Of a DNA stretch of 64,000 nucleotides, positions 38,892 to 49,179 are shown one piece after another. A program made the position numbers and the translations under genes. The notes beneath the pieces were generated by a model. It was not told the origin of the DNA, made no database searches, and saw only the letters and a program-made list of their open reading frames with translations. Numbering within the stretch: position 1 is the stretch's first letter; every line of letters starts with the position of its first letter. The stretch is from Candidatus Poribacteria bacterium (GTDB lineage Bacteria > Poribacteria > WGA-4E > JAJDTR01): positions 4,320,001-4,384,000 of the forward strand of contig CBDCTK010000002.1 in assembly GCA_965222225.1 (NCBI GenBank). The letters are read 5' to 3'.

Positions 38892-39752
38892 TTAGCTGTT
38901 TAGCACGCCAATCGCCTTAAAACAAGTCAGCGCTAACCTTCGAAATTGACTTAGGTAACACTCTTGCTCATCTCTCTGCCAGTCTTGTGGTACATTCGCT
39001 GGATGGCCCGCTTCGTTCCGATTTAGGCGGTATATGTTAGCCAATCCCTCCAACTTCCCCTTGAGTTCACTTCGCAATGTTGGATCCAAGGATTTGAATA
39101 AGTCGGTTGCCTTATCCACTAAGTGACGTGTTAATGCGGATATATTGGGCTTGCTGTCAATATCGCCCTTGCATTGCGGATTGCATAGAATTACCGCTTC
39201 CGCAAGACACTTTATAGTTCTCTCGGACGCTGCTCCGAGACAGATAACCGAGGAAATATAATTTCCGTTTTGGCAAGTACGCAGACTCTCCAAGTAATAC
39301 TGCTCCACAACCCCATCGAGATTGGGAATCTCCTTTTTCAGTGATTGCACAATCTCAAGTGATTGCACAATTTCATAGGGATCATCCACTAAAATCATTA
39401 TCCCGTCATCAAACTCCGACTTTTCACCGACGGACGTGAGACGAACACTACCATGTACAGTGGGAACATAACCTTCGCAACACCACTAATTTGCCTCCAT
39501 CAGCAATCCCCGTTGCTTGAGCCGCCCAATTGCTTCGTAAAACTTAAAAAGAAACGACTTATTTTTTTTGATATAACTACCATCGTCATCCTCCTTTCCA
39601 TACCTAGACTTCCGGGGGCAAAGTTGATTCTGCAAATCCTCTAAGCCGATACAGGGTAGATGCCGCTCTTTTTTCAAAAAGCAAAAAATAACTCGTGTAA
39701 GTTCCTCTATAGTGCACTGCTCCCTCTGTGTCTTATCCAACGCAAAATTCAT
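38892..39752 (-). pseudogene. HEPN-like (RxxxxH) protein split by one in-frame TAG
   Basis: ORFs 39486-39752 and 38892-39398 share a frame (MEAN*WCCEG...DGIMILVDDP); C-terminal 'RNEAGH'; GGAGA SD. Confidence 0.6.
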
Positions 39753-39886
39753 AACATTTCTCCTTCTAATCGTGCGAACTTAGTTTGGTTGTCGTTCTTT
39801 ACTGAAATTGACGGAATGTCAATCCAGCAATAAACAAACCTCGCAAAACCATCGTATTGTGTATAAGGGAAATACAACCAAGTGAA

Positions 39887-40669
39887 TTACTTCTCACTCT
39901 CCTTTGCCTTATCCCAGATTTCGTCGAGGCCTGCCAAATCGTAATCCTTGAATGAATCGCCGCGGCGTTCCAGTTCCTTCTCCATCGCCTTGAAACGACC
40001 GACAAACTTGCGATTTGCCTTCCGTAGCGCCTCCTCCGCCTGCACATCCAGAAATCGACACAAATTGACAATCGAAAATAGGAGGTCGCCAATCTCCAAC
40101 TCAATCTCTTTAGGGTTACTATCTTGGATGCTCGCCTTCAATTCGGCAATTTCTTCGTCGATTTTTGGGAGCACGTCTGAAATGTCGTTCCAGTCGAATC
40201 CCACGCGGGCGGCTTTGCGCTGAAGCTTCTGCGCTCGTTGCAGGTTCGGCAAGTGGTCAGGAACCCCGTCAAGAACGGATTTGCGATCTTCATAGCCCGA
40301 TTCACTTCGCTTAATCCGTTCCCAGTTCTTAAAAACCTGATCCGTATTGTTCGCGTCTTGGTCGCCGAAAACGTGCGGATGGCGGCGGATGAGTTTCTCT
40401 GTAAGTATCTTGATGACATCGCCGATGTCAAATTCTCCCTCATCTCTTGCGATTTGTGCGTGCAGCATGACATTGCCAAGGAGATCGCCGAGCTCTTCCC
40501 GTAGTTTCGTTGAATTTCCGGCGTCAATCGCTTCAACAACTTCATAGGTTTCTTCAATGAGATCTGGTTTAATCGATTCGTGAGTCTGTTCGCGGTCCCA
40601 CGGACAGCCGTTTTCACTTCGCAGCGTGGCAAAGACTTGCACCAGTTGATTGAAAAGTTCTTTGTGCAT
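39887..40669 (-). CDS. mazG: Nucleoside triphosphate pyrophosphohydrolase MazG
   Basis: 'LR...GCPWDREQT', 'EE.YE', 'EELGDLL', 'KLIRRHPHVF', 'GFDW', 'E.GDLLF'. Confidence 0.95.
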   Translation of the reverse strand: MHKELFNQLVQVFATLRSENGCPWDREQTHESIKPDLIEETYEVVEAIDAGNSTKLREELGDLLGNVMLHAQIARDEGEFDIGDVIKILTEKLIRRHPHVFGDQDANNTDQVFKNWERIKRSESGYEDRKSVLDGVPDHLPNLQRAQKLQRKAARVGFDWNDISDVLPKIDEEIAELKASIQDSNPKEIELEIGDLLFSIVNLCRFLDVQAEEALRKANRKFVGRFKAMEKELERRGDSFKDYDLAGLDEIWDKAKESEK

Positions 40670-40714
40670 AATGAAACTATCCTTATGAATTGAGTGTTGA
40701 GAATTTCGGGGTTA

Positions 40715-40783
40715 GTTTACTACCGCCACCACTGTCTGTCAAGTCGGAAAACCTTTGACAGGCTAGGGACAAGGTGATATGAT
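40715..40783. promoter_or_regulatory. Back-to-back sigma70-like promoters between the two MazG-family genes
   Basis: Plus strand: TTGACA(40755)-N17-TATGAT. Minus strand: TTGACA(40742)-N16-TAAACT. Confidence 0.55.
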
Positions 40784-40845
40784 TCGCTAGGCTAGGACTG
40801 TTTATAGAGAGCGCATTTTATGATTCTAGTTTCATAGAGGATGAA

Positions 40846-41199
40846 ATGGAGTATACACTCAAGAATTGCCAAGAATTAGTAGATGAATGGATTCAAACCA
40901 TCGGTATCCGATATTTCTCCGAGTTGACGAATATCGCCATCTTAATGGAGGAGGTAGGAGAGTTGGCGCGGATTGCGGCTCGCGAGTACGGCGATCAGAG
41001 CTATAAGGAATCTGACAAGTCGGTCAACTTGGCTGAGGAGATGGCGGATGTGCTGTTCGTGCTCGTCTGTTTGGCGAATCAAACGGGGGTGGATTTGGAA
41101 GAGGCGTTTCGTAAATCAATTGAAAAGAAGACCAAGCGTGACAAGATCCGACATCGGGAAAACACAAAACTCTTTTCAGCGAAAGCCTCCGAGGGTTAA
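40846..41199 (+). CDS. MazG-like nucleotide pyrophosphohydrolase (YpjD-like)
   Basis: 'YFSELTN.A.L.EEVGELAR', 'EEMADVLFVL.CLANQTG.DL'. Confidence 0.9.
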   Translation: MEYTLKNCQELVDEWIQTIGIRYFSELTNIAILMEEVGELARIAAREYGDQSYKESDKSVNLAEEMADVLFVLVCLANQTGVDLEEAFRKSIEKKTKRDKIRHRENTKLFSAKASEG

Positions 41200-41208
41200 G
41201 TTTCCATT

Positions 41209-41787
41209 ATGAGCATGTTCCGCGAGCATTACATCGGCGGATTAATTGCCTACACGCTGTTCTTCGTACTTTCGTTCGGCGCTTCAATCTTCGGTCAGTT
41301 CGCGATGCAGGTGCCGCTTGAGCGAAATCCCACAATCCCTTTCAATCCGTGGGGCATTGGAGCGTGTTTTGTGGTTGCGGTGCTCTCGGGACTTTGGCCC
41401 GACGTGGACATCAAAAGCCGGAGTCAGCAGATTTTTTATCGAATTTTCCTCATATTTAGCACCATATTGATTCTTCGAAAGCAGTACTTCCAATCGGCAG
41501 TCTTGGGGATTTTTGCCATGCTGCCACTTCTCGGTAAACACCGCGGTTGGACACATTCCCGACTAACGATGCTGCTTTTGCCTGCCGTATTCCTCATACT
41601 ACCATTTTATTTTGAGGGCACTGTGGTCAGTTTCGACAACTTGAAGTCGTCCCAGAATCTGGATCTTTTTCGGTCAGGACTCCCTTTCTACACGGCGAGT
41701 TTGGTTGGGTATGCGACACATTTGCATTTGGACGGCATCCTATTGCACGCTCGAAAATCGCAGCAGCGGATGGCGAGATCCCGGTAG
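41209..41787 (+). CDS. Membrane-bound metal-dependent hydrolase (YdjM-like)
   Basis: 'PDVD', 'HRGWTHS', 'GY.THL.LD' plus TM segments. Confidence 0.82.
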   Translation: MSMFREHYIGGLIAYTLFFVLSFGASIFGQFAMQVPLERNPTIPFNPWGIGACFVVAVLSGLWPDVDIKSRSQQIFYRIFLIFSTILILRKQYFQSAVLGIFAMLPLLGKHRGWTHSRLTMLLLPAVFLILPFYFEGTVVSFDNLKSSQNLDLFRSGLPFYTASLVGYATHLHLDGILLHARKSQQRMARSR

Positions 41788-41894
41788 CAGAGCCCAAACA
41801 CAATCGTTCTGGGCGAGTCTGACTCAGATAGTGGAATCTGGGCTTTTTCCGGTTTTCAAACTCAATTTTCAAACTCGGAAGGAGAGGCGGAATT

Positions 41895-42494
41895 GTGTTT
41901 GATTTTTGCCGCAGTATTTTACCCATCGCTACCGCGTTTGTCATCGCCGGGTGTGCCGATAATTCGGATCGGATGGATCTGAGGGTAGGGTTTTTTTTCA
42001 CTGAAGGCACTCGATCTCTAATAATGCCCTTTGAGCCCTATCACTATCCTGTCATGGATGTGAAAGACGATTTACGCGTGGGCAAAGACGTAGTATTAGC
42101 ACTTGCTAGGGCGTCTCGGCGCATTTTCGCTTCCGTTGAGGTGTTAGATTCATGTCCAACGCCGGAGTTGATAGTCGATAGACGGCTTAACCTTGTCATC
42201 ATAGCGCACGCTTTGCCGGGAGGAGGATCGCTTGGCTATCGGGGAGACGGTGTCCAAAATAGCAGCGAGGCTAGCAGGTCTCTGACTGCCAAACTGGCAT
42301 TTTACAGTCCTGAAATGATAGAAATCGCCGCTGTTACGGCGTCTGGAGAAGGGAAAGCTACGGCTAAAGGGATTCTGTTTGACTCCAGAAGGAGAGCTTT
42401 TGTCGGTGCGGTGAAGGCAGCCATCCGGAATCTTGGAGACGATGTGGCGCTGCAGATGTCTTCCAATCCTGAGATTCGCAAAACGGTGAAGTGA
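41895..42494 (+). CDS. Hypothetical lipoprotein
   Basis: Lipobox 'IAGC'; GGAGAGG SD. Confidence 0.6.
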   Translation: MFDFCRSILPIATAFVIAGCADNSDRMDLRVGFFFTEGTRSLIMPFEPYHYPVMDVKDDLRVGKDVVLALARASRRIFASVEVLDSCPTPELIVDRRLNLVIIAHALPGGGSLGYRGDGVQNSSEASRSLTAKLAFYSPEMIEIAAVTASGEGKATAKGILFDSRRRAFVGAVKAAIRNLGDDVALQMSSNPEIRKTVK

Positions 42495-42691
42495 ATGGAC
42501 ATGATTATTGGTTTGTAGTCCAAACATAAAATGAGGAAGGTATCAAAGGAAACCAAGGGGGCGGTTCTTCTACATATTTATCAGCGGTGTGATAGGCGTC
42601 GTCGGCTTGATTGCCATCATCAGGTGTGACGGCTTGGATAAAAAGGAGAGCGTATTCTCACGTAGATAGGTTTGTTCTAATTCCTGCCTCC

Positions 42692-42790
42692 GTAAGAGTG
42701 ATTTCCGAATTGCGTCCTGTCTGGAATCAGAGTCGCGATCAGGAGATCGCTCCTACAGAAGACGCGTGTTAATTGCGCTACTACAAACTG
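42692..42790. repeat. Inverted GTAG-type REP doublet plus a second REP type
   Basis: gtaagagtgatttccgaattgcgtc pairs with gtcgcgatcaggagatcgctcctac; acgcgtgttaattgcgctactacaaa matches 4048-4075 in reverse. Confidence 0.65.
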
Positions 42791-42913
42791 AACAACGTAA
42801 GTCCTATATGTAAAATTCTTAGTTTGTAATGACTTATAGACAGTCTTCTATTGTGCCCTGGAAAGGTACAAGAAGCGGAGGACGCGATCTATGAACCATT
42901 CTGAAAAAAACAG

Positions 42914-42942
42914 TTGAACGCTTAACACATATATAGTATAAT
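42914..42942 (+). promoter_or_regulatory. Sigma70-like promoter for tcmP
   Basis: TTGAAC-N17-TATAAT, ending 17 bp before ATG 42960. Confidence 0.55.
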
Positions 42943-42959
42943 TAGGGCAAGAAAAAGTA

Positions 42960-43826
42960 ATGGCTCAACATAAATTTGGTGGTGGTTGGACGAATGTAAA
43001 ACTAGAGCACGTACGCAAGTATCTCCGTGCTTACACAACTATAATGAATAGCTTTCATTTCCGTTTTGCCTATATTGATGCGTTTGCCGGGACGGGGTAT
43101 AGGACACTCAAAGAGAGTGACAATGCTACGGAATTGATGCTACCTAAAATGTTTGAGGAAGAGGTGCAGGAATTCCTTAATGGTTCCGCGCGGGTTGCGC
43201 TTGAGGTTACCCCTCGATTTGACAAATACATATTTATCGAGAAAGACGAAACTCACTTTAGCGAACTGCAGCAGTTAAAGGAACAGTTTTCAGATCTGCA
43301 AGCGGACATTGAACTCGTTCAGGATGAGACGAATACCTACCTTCAAAAATTGTGTGGTCACAATTGGCTCCGTGGGCAACGGCGAGCCGTGTTGTTCCTT
43401 GATCCCTATGGAATGGAGGTTAAGTGGAAAACAATAGAAGCAATCGCGAATACCCAAGCCATTGATTTGTGGCTACTTTTTCCCCTCGGAATTGCTGTAA
43501 ACAGGCTGCTGCGGAATGATGGCCAAATTGATCTAGCTGTACAGAATACACTCAACGAGTTTTTTGGAGCCGAAGACTGGTTTGAAGAGTTCTACAGGGA
43601 GGATGAAACACCCTCCCTTTTTGAAAACCTTCCGGGACAACAGAAGGTTGCAGATTTCAATTCAATTGAAACTTATTTCATTAGGCGTCTAGAATCAGTC
43701 TTTACGGAAGTTGCGAAGAATCCCCTGCGCCTATACAATAGCCGGAATAATCCACTGTACCTGCTCTGCTTTGCGGCGGGCAACTCAACTGCTGTAAAAA
43801 TTGCTCAAGACATCTTGAAACCGTAA
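42960..43826 (+). CDS. tcmP: Three-Cys-motif partner protein (methyltransferase-like fold)
   Basis: 'GG.WT..KL..V..YL..Y', 'YIDAFAGTG', 'GSA', 'FLDPYG', 'N....PLY.L.FA'. Confidence 0.85.
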   Translation: MAQHKFGGGWTNVKLEHVRKYLRAYTTIMNSFHFRFAYIDAFAGTGYRTLKESDNATELMLPKMFEEEVQEFLNGSARVALEVTPRFDKYIFIEKDETHFSELQQLKEQFSDLQADIELVQDETNTYLQKLCGHNWLRGQRRAVLFLDPYGMEVKWKTIEAIANTQAIDLWLLFPLGIAVNRLLRNDGQIDLAVQNTLNEFFGAEDWFEEFYREDETPSLFENLPGQQKVADFNSIETYFIRRLESVFTEVAKNPLRLYNSRNNPLYLLCFAAGNSTAVKIAQDILKP

Positions 43827-43832
43827 TCAAAA

Positions 43833-44663
43833 ATGGCATCGGAATCAAAAATAGAGTGGACGGAATCGACATGGAATCCGGTACGCGGCTGTGCTCGTGT
43901 CTCGGAAGGCTGCCGTTTCTGCTACGCGGAACGTATCGCCCAACGTTTCGCCGGCAAGGGTTTAGCCTATGAGGGACTTGCTATTCAAACGAAGGCTGGA
44001 CCGCGCTGGACAAATCGCATTAAGTATGTACCACACCTCTTAGAACAGCCGTTGAAATGGAAAAAACCCAAATTGATTTTCGTCAATTCTATGAGCGATC
44101 TTTTCCATGATGCAGTGCCTGTTGCCTATATCCGTAAAGTCTTTGACGTGATGCGCCAAGCGACTTGGCATCAATTCCAAGTGTTGACGAAACGCGCAGA
44201 GCGTTTACTGGAACTAAACCGTAAACTGGAGTGGTCCGACAATATTTGGATGGGTGTGAGCGTCGAAAATGGCGATTATCAGTTTCGCATAGATTTGCTG
44301 CGTCAGAGCAAGGCGCGCTTCAAGTTTCTCTCGCTTGAACCCTTACTTGGCCCCCTTCTGGAATTGGATCTTACGGGAATCGACTGGGTGATTGTTGGAG
44401 GCGAGTCGGGGCCCGGTGCGAGGCCGATGAAGGAGGATTGGGTGCTGGAAATCCAAGATAACTGCAAAGCGTCCGGTGTTCCATTTTTCTTCAAACAGTG
44501 GGGCGGCGTGCGCAAAAAACGAGCGGGACGGGAACTTCAGGGACGGACATGGGACGAATTGCCTGTAGCGATGAGGGATAGACCCCAATCGAGTAGAGGA
44601 GAAGATGAGAAATCACCTTCGCTGTTTCCTTATTCTATCCGAGTAGAAGGAGTGGTAACTTGA
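43833..44663 (+). CDS. Phage Gp37/Gp68 family (DUF5131) three-Cys protein
   Basis: 'IEWTE.TWNP..GC..VS.GC..CYA', 'FVNSMSDLFH', 'LTKR', 'WVIVGGESG', 'FFFKQWG'. Confidence 0.92.
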   Translation: MASESKIEWTESTWNPVRGCARVSEGCRFCYAERIAQRFAGKGLAYEGLAIQTKAGPRWTNRIKYVPHLLEQPLKWKKPKLIFVNSMSDLFHDAVPVAYIRKVFDVMRQATWHQFQVLTKRAERLLELNRKLEWSDNIWMGVSVENGDYQFRIDLLRQSKARFKFLSLEPLLGPLLELDLTGIDWVIVGGESGPGARPMKEDWVLEIQDNCKASGVPFFFKQWGGVRKKRAGRELQGRTWDELPVAMRDRPQSSRGEDEKSPSLFPYSIRVEGVVT

Positions 44664-46273
44664 GAAGAATTCAAATCGCTAGATTCAGTGAGTTGGAAGA
44701 TCGACAGCCCATTCACGCGCTGGTCGGCGTTGTGGATCTGGTAGTCGTCAAGTATAATGATGACATCTCGGTACTGTACGGCAGATGCCTTCATCGCGGT
44801 GCGCTACTTGCCGACGGTCACATTGATGGACACAATCTAATTTGCGGGGTACACAACTGGGACTATCGCTACGACACGGGAATCAGCGAATACCATAACG
44901 AAGAGCGGTTGGAGAAATTCACAACGTGGGTTGAGGATGATAGGGTTCTAGTTGATGAAGATGAGATTCTCAGGTGGGAGAAGAATAATCCTCAGCCGTA
45001 CAAGCGTGACGAGTATCAGGGGGAATATCAGGATATACATGGTACGCCCGACGAGCCGTATGTAGATTATATCCGTCACCTCGCAAGTCACGGCTTATCC
45101 AAGGTGGGGCATCACGGCCGGGTGGATGCGATGGGCGTTCCACGGGACCAACTTCCAAAATGGGATGGCCTGCAATTCGTTACCGCCCAACTTCACAAGT
45201 TTCCGCAGTTGGATGATGTCGAGGTTGGTACCGAGCTTGTCATTGGGCCAAGAGCAGGGAAACCGCTCACTCTTGACATACCGATTTTTGTGTCGGACAT
45301 GAGTTTTGGCGCGCTGTCTGCCGAGGCGAAAACCGCCTTAGCACGGGGCGCAGAGATGGCGGGTACAGGGATATGTTCCGGCGAGGGTGGTATGCTCCCG
45401 GAGGAACAGGCTGAGAACAGCCGTTACTTTTACGAGTTGGCTTCGGCCAGGTTCGGTTTTTCGTTCGATAAACTAAACCTTGTGCAAGCCTTTCATTTCA
45501 AAGGGGGGCAAGGTGCCAAAACAGGTACCGGCGGTCACCTGCCGGGTGAGAAGGTGCAAGGGAAGATTGCCGAGGTGCGTGGTCTGATTGTCGGGCAACC
45601 GGCGGTCTCGCCCGCTCGATTCCCGGATTGGGATAGTTTGGATGATTTCAAGGGATTTTCCAGCGAGGTTCGCAAGGAGACAGGCGGCATCCCAATCGGT
45701 TTCAAGTTGTCGGCTCAGCACATTGAAGCAGATATCGAAGCGGCTCTCCAAGTCGGGGCCGATTACATCATTCTCGATGGTCGCGGCGGCGGGACAGGGG
45801 CAGCGCCGCTCATTTTCCGGGACAACATCTCGGTGCCGACAATGCCCGCCATCGCGCGCGCGCGGAAGTATTTGGATGAAACTGGGAACAGCGATGTTAC
45901 CTTGATTGCAACGGGCGGGCTGAGGAGTCCCGCGGACTTTTCGAAGGCGCTCGCACTAGGCGCGGACGGGGTGGCAATCGCAAATTCGGCAATGCAGGCG
46001 ATCGGTTGTGTGGGCATGAGAGCTTGCCATACCAACAATTGTCCGGTAGGGATCGCGACGCAGAAGGAGAGTCTTCGGGCGCGCCTCATCGTGGACGAGG
46101 CGGCTGCGCGGCTCAACCGCTTTCTCGGCGCGGCAACCGAATTGATGCAGACGCTTGCCCGTGCCTGTGGGCACGTGCATCTAAATCAGTTTTGTGCGGA
46201 CGACCTTACCACTTGGAATCGCGATATGGCTTATTTGACGGGCGTGAAATACGCCGGCGTGGTTGCGTTATAA
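44660..46273 (+). CDS. Rieske [2Fe-2S] + FMN-binding glutamate synthase-family protein
   Basis: 'CLHRG...CGVHNW' Rieske motif; 'MSFGALS', 'GEGG', 'GQGAK.GTGG', 'DGRGGGTG', 'C...RACHTN.CPVG'. Confidence 0.9.
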   Translation: MRRIQIARFSELEDRQPIHALVGVVDLVVVKYNDDISVLYGRCLHRGALLADGHIDGHNLICGVHNWDYRYDTGISEYHNEERLEKFTTWVEDDRVLVDEDEILRWEKNNPQPYKRDEYQGEYQDIHGTPDEPYVDYIRHLASHGLSKVGHHGRVDAMGVPRDQLPKWDGLQFVTAQLHKFPQLDDVEVGTELVIGPRAGKPLTLDIPIFVSDMSFGALSAEAKTALARGAEMAGTGICSGEGGMLPEEQAENSRYFYELASARFGFSFDKLNLVQAFHFKGGQGAKTGTGGHLPGEKVQGKIAEVRGLIVGQPAVSPARFPDWDSLDDFKGFSSEVRKETGGIPIGFKLSAQHIEADIEAALQVGADYIILDGRGGGTGAAPLIFRDNISVPTMPAIARARKYLDETGNSDVTLIATGGLRSPADFSKALALGADGVAIANSAMQAIGCVGMRACHTNNCPVGIATQKESLRARLIVDEAAARLNRFLGAATELMQTLARACGHVHLNQFCADDLTTWNRDMAYLTGVKYAGVVAL

Positions 46274-46707
46274 GCAGAACATCCGGGATGGAGCGAGTAA
46301 TCAACGGATATTCTTCTTGAGCGCTTGTCGGCGCGAAGCGTAGAGATCCACTTGCGCTCGCTGGCCTCTCTGGTCGCTAACAGGATTTCTCGCTATCAAT
46401 ATATGACATTGAACTTGCGCGTTTCGGACTCTTGAAGCCAGTATGACTTTTGGAAGAAACCGAGTTTTCAAGAAAAAAGGCATTTCTATCGCGCTCCCTG
46501 TCCGGTCGCTTGATCCCACTCTGGGGCTTGTGATGTTCGTGCAAAGAGTGTAAGGGACAAATCAGGGCTACGACAATCATATATCGGTTTCAAGGCCAGT
46601 ACTGTTACGGCGAATGGAAATTAAATCGAATGACCTCCCGATTCTGCCTGAACAATCTTTACTTTGCAGAAAAAGCGGGTTTTTGTCATCCGTGGGCGTA
46701 ATTCTTA

Positions 46708-48594
46708 CTAATAATGGAAGCGTTGCAGGCGAAGTCCCTTCTCGTACTCACGCCGTCGTTCTTGCGTCTCGGGATCGTCGCTCACCTCTGCTGCCGCGAT
46801 GTCCCACCACACGCCAGAATCCGGTAGGTAGTGATGGGGCTCAACATCTGCGACTATCACACAGGTTTGACGCTCGCCGCGGGCTTCCCGCAAGGCATGG
46901 CGCATGCCATCCGGTGTTGTTACATGCCATGAGCGCGCACCAAAACTCGCCGCGTTTTGCGCGAAGTCAATCTTCGTGTATTCGCCTTCAAGCCGATTCT
47001 TCTCACCATCCCGTGCCCGGAACTCATTGCCAAACCTGCGCCCTGCGCGGAGCATCTGCAAAGCGCTGATGGATTGGAAACCGTGATTTTCGGACACAAT
47101 CACGGTAAGCTTCAAGCCCTCTTGCATCGCCGTTACCAATTCCGTGGGGTTCATCAGATAGGTGCCGTCACCGATAAACACATAAACTTCCCCTTCCGGC
47201 TGTGTCATGCGGACTCCGAGTCCCGCAGGCATTTCGTAGCCCATACATGAATAGCCAAATTCAAGATGGCACTTCCGACCGCCTGTGGCATCCCACATCT
47301 TGATTAAATCTCCGGGCGTCGTTCCGGCGGCAGCGACAATCGTGTCCCCCGGCTGAGCCTGCTCGTTTACTACTTGGATTAACTTGCCTTGGCTCATTGC
47401 CTCGCCGGCGACTTCCTCCGACACAGCGGCGCCGAGTTGTTCTGTCCACTCCCGATTCAGGCGTTCTATTTCGCTAGTGTACGCCGTGTCAGGCTGAATC
47501 CCCACGCCCTCAGCGGCTTGCGTTAATGCCACTAGCGCCTCTCGCGCATCTGCGACTATGGGCACTCCGCTCTGCTTGTAGGCGTCGTGTCCTCCAACAT
47601 TGATATTGACAAATTTCACCCGAGGGTGATTGAACGCCGTTTGAGAGCCGGTCGCAAAATCCATCATGCGGCATCCGACGCTGATAACCAAGTCTGACTG
47701 ACTCGAGATTTTGGCTGCGGCAGGTGTGCCACTGACGCCCTGCCCTCCCAGAAGCAGCGGAGATGGGTTGCGCATTGCTCCTTTTCCGGCAAAGGTCTCG
47801 CTAACAGGGACACCGAATTTGGTGGAGAAGTCCTCAAGTGCCTTCCACGCCTCCGAATAATGGACGCCGCCGCCGGCAATTATCATCGGGCGTTCCGCCG
47901 CCCGTAACAGTCTCACAGCTTCGATAATGCGCTGCGGATCTGGTACGCGCCGTTCTACTCGCCATTCGCGTCGTTCAAAGAAATCCACGGGGTAATCGTA
48001 TGCATGAGCCTGCACGTCCTGCGGCAGTGAGATGGTGACGGGGCCCGTGTCGGCAGGATCTGTCAGTACCCGCATGGCTTCGGGAAGCGCGGTCAGGAGT
48101 TGCTCCGGTCGGGTGATGCGATCGAAAAACCGACTAACAGGTCGAAAACAGTCGTTGACGCTGACGTCGGCGGAGACAGGGTGTTCGAGTTGCTGCAACA
48201 CAACTCCCTGATATCGCGTGGCGTAGTAGTCGGATGGCAACAGTAGAACGGGCAGCCGGTTGGTGGCAGCCGTGGCTGCTCCGCTAATCATGTTCGTTGC
48301 TCCGGGGCCTATGGACGAGGTACAAGCGAGGGTAGCGAGTCGATAGTTAGCCTTCGCGAAACCGAGAGCAGTGTGCACCATGGACTGTTCGTTTCGGGGC
48401 TGGCGATACGGCAAGTCTTCGCCGTATTCGTACAGTGCTTGACCGAGACCGGCGACGTTGCCGTGCCCAAATATACCGAAGATGGATGGTATCAGTCGAC
48501 GGGATTTGCCATCGCGTTCACTGAATTGTACTTGTAGGTATTTGACGAGTGCCTGTGCCATTGTCAAACGAATGGATTCTTGTGATTGTGACAC
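46708..48594 (-). CDS. iolD: 3D-(3,5/4)-trihydroxycyclohexane-1,2-dione acylhydrolase (ThDP-dependent)
   Basis: 'RLTMAQALV', 'FGIFGHGNVAG', 'RNEQSM', 'TSSIGPGATN', 'GYSCMGYE', 'GDGTYLM'. Confidence 0.92.
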   Translation of the reverse strand: MSQSQESIRLTMAQALVKYLQVQFSERDGKSRRLIPSIFGIFGHGNVAGLGQALYEYGEDLPYRQPRNEQSMVHTALGFAKANYRLATLACTSSIGPGATNMISGAATAATNRLPVLLLPSDYYATRYQGVVLQQLEHPVSADVSVNDCFRPVSRFFDRITRPEQLLTALPEAMRVLTDPADTGPVTISLPQDVQAHAYDYPVDFFERREWRVERRVPDPQRIIEAVRLLRAAERPMIIAGGGVHYSEAWKALEDFSTKFGVPVSETFAGKGAMRNPSPLLLGGQGVSGTPAAAKISSQSDLVISVGCRMMDFATGSQTAFNHPRVKFVNINVGGHDAYKQSGVPIVADAREALVALTQAAEGVGIQPDTAYTSEIERLNREWTEQLGAAVSEEVAGEAMSQGKLIQVVNEQAQPGDTIVAAAGTTPGDLIKMWDATGGRKCHLEFGYSCMGYEMPAGLGVRMTQPEGEVYVFIGDGTYLMNPTELVTAMQEGLKLTVIVSENHGFQSISALQMLRAGRRFGNEFRARDGEKNRLEGEYTKIDFAQNAASFGARSWHVTTPDGMRHALREARGERQTCVIVADVEPHHYLPDSGVWWDIAAAEVSDDPETQERRREYEKGLRLQRFHY

Positions 48595-48680
48595 TTTCTA
48601 GCTGCCTCCTTTTTGGTTGTTCACGGTTTAATTATTCTTGGCTGAATCTATCTCGAGTTACGCATGTCAAAGGAAGTTCC

Positions 48681-48972
48681 AGGGGAATCGCATCCAATTT
48701 TTGATTGTAGAGGCCTCCTCTGCCATGCTTTAGACAGGACGTGCAATGAAAAGAGAAGGGGGAAATCGACGATTTAATGAGCGCCGATTCCACAAGAAAT
48801 CGTGACCGGGAGATCGCTCCTACCAGGACCTACACCTGTCGCCCGCTAAGGCTTGGGAGCGTGGGGTATCGGGATTCCTACACACCTTTGATAATCCCCG
48901 ATCGCCTTCGATTTGATTATTGAAGAGGGATTTCTATCGCACTCGCTATCCGCTCATTTTGATCCCCTACAA
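48681..48972. repeat. MITE/REP-like composite repeat, related to 58368-58520
   Basis: aggggaatcgcatccaatttttgattgtagagg matches agggaaatcgcatcagatttttggttgtagagg; also carries GGAGATCGCTCCTAC, ACCTGTCGCCC and TTCTATCGC...TTGATC motifs. Confidence 0.65.
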
Positions 48973-49179
48973 TCAGGTGCGATTGCCCTGAAGGAAGTTC
49001 TCGATCAACCTGAGATAATATGATATACTGTTATGGCGTTGGATGCAACACTTCTCTAAACGAAATCAATTGCATTTGATGTGCGTGTGGGGTACACCAC
49101 GCCGCATTGCAGACTTACGGGCAATCGCAAGCCGTTTATGGGAAATCACCTAGTGCAAAACAGGTGAGTTAGGAGACTA

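Noticed and set aside
22549-39488. In-frame TGA (22549) and TAG (39486) as stop-codon recoding (code 4/25, Sec, Pyl)
   Set aside because: Many intact genes here end in TGA or TAG, and both cases sit in decaying genes; simple nonsense mutations fit better
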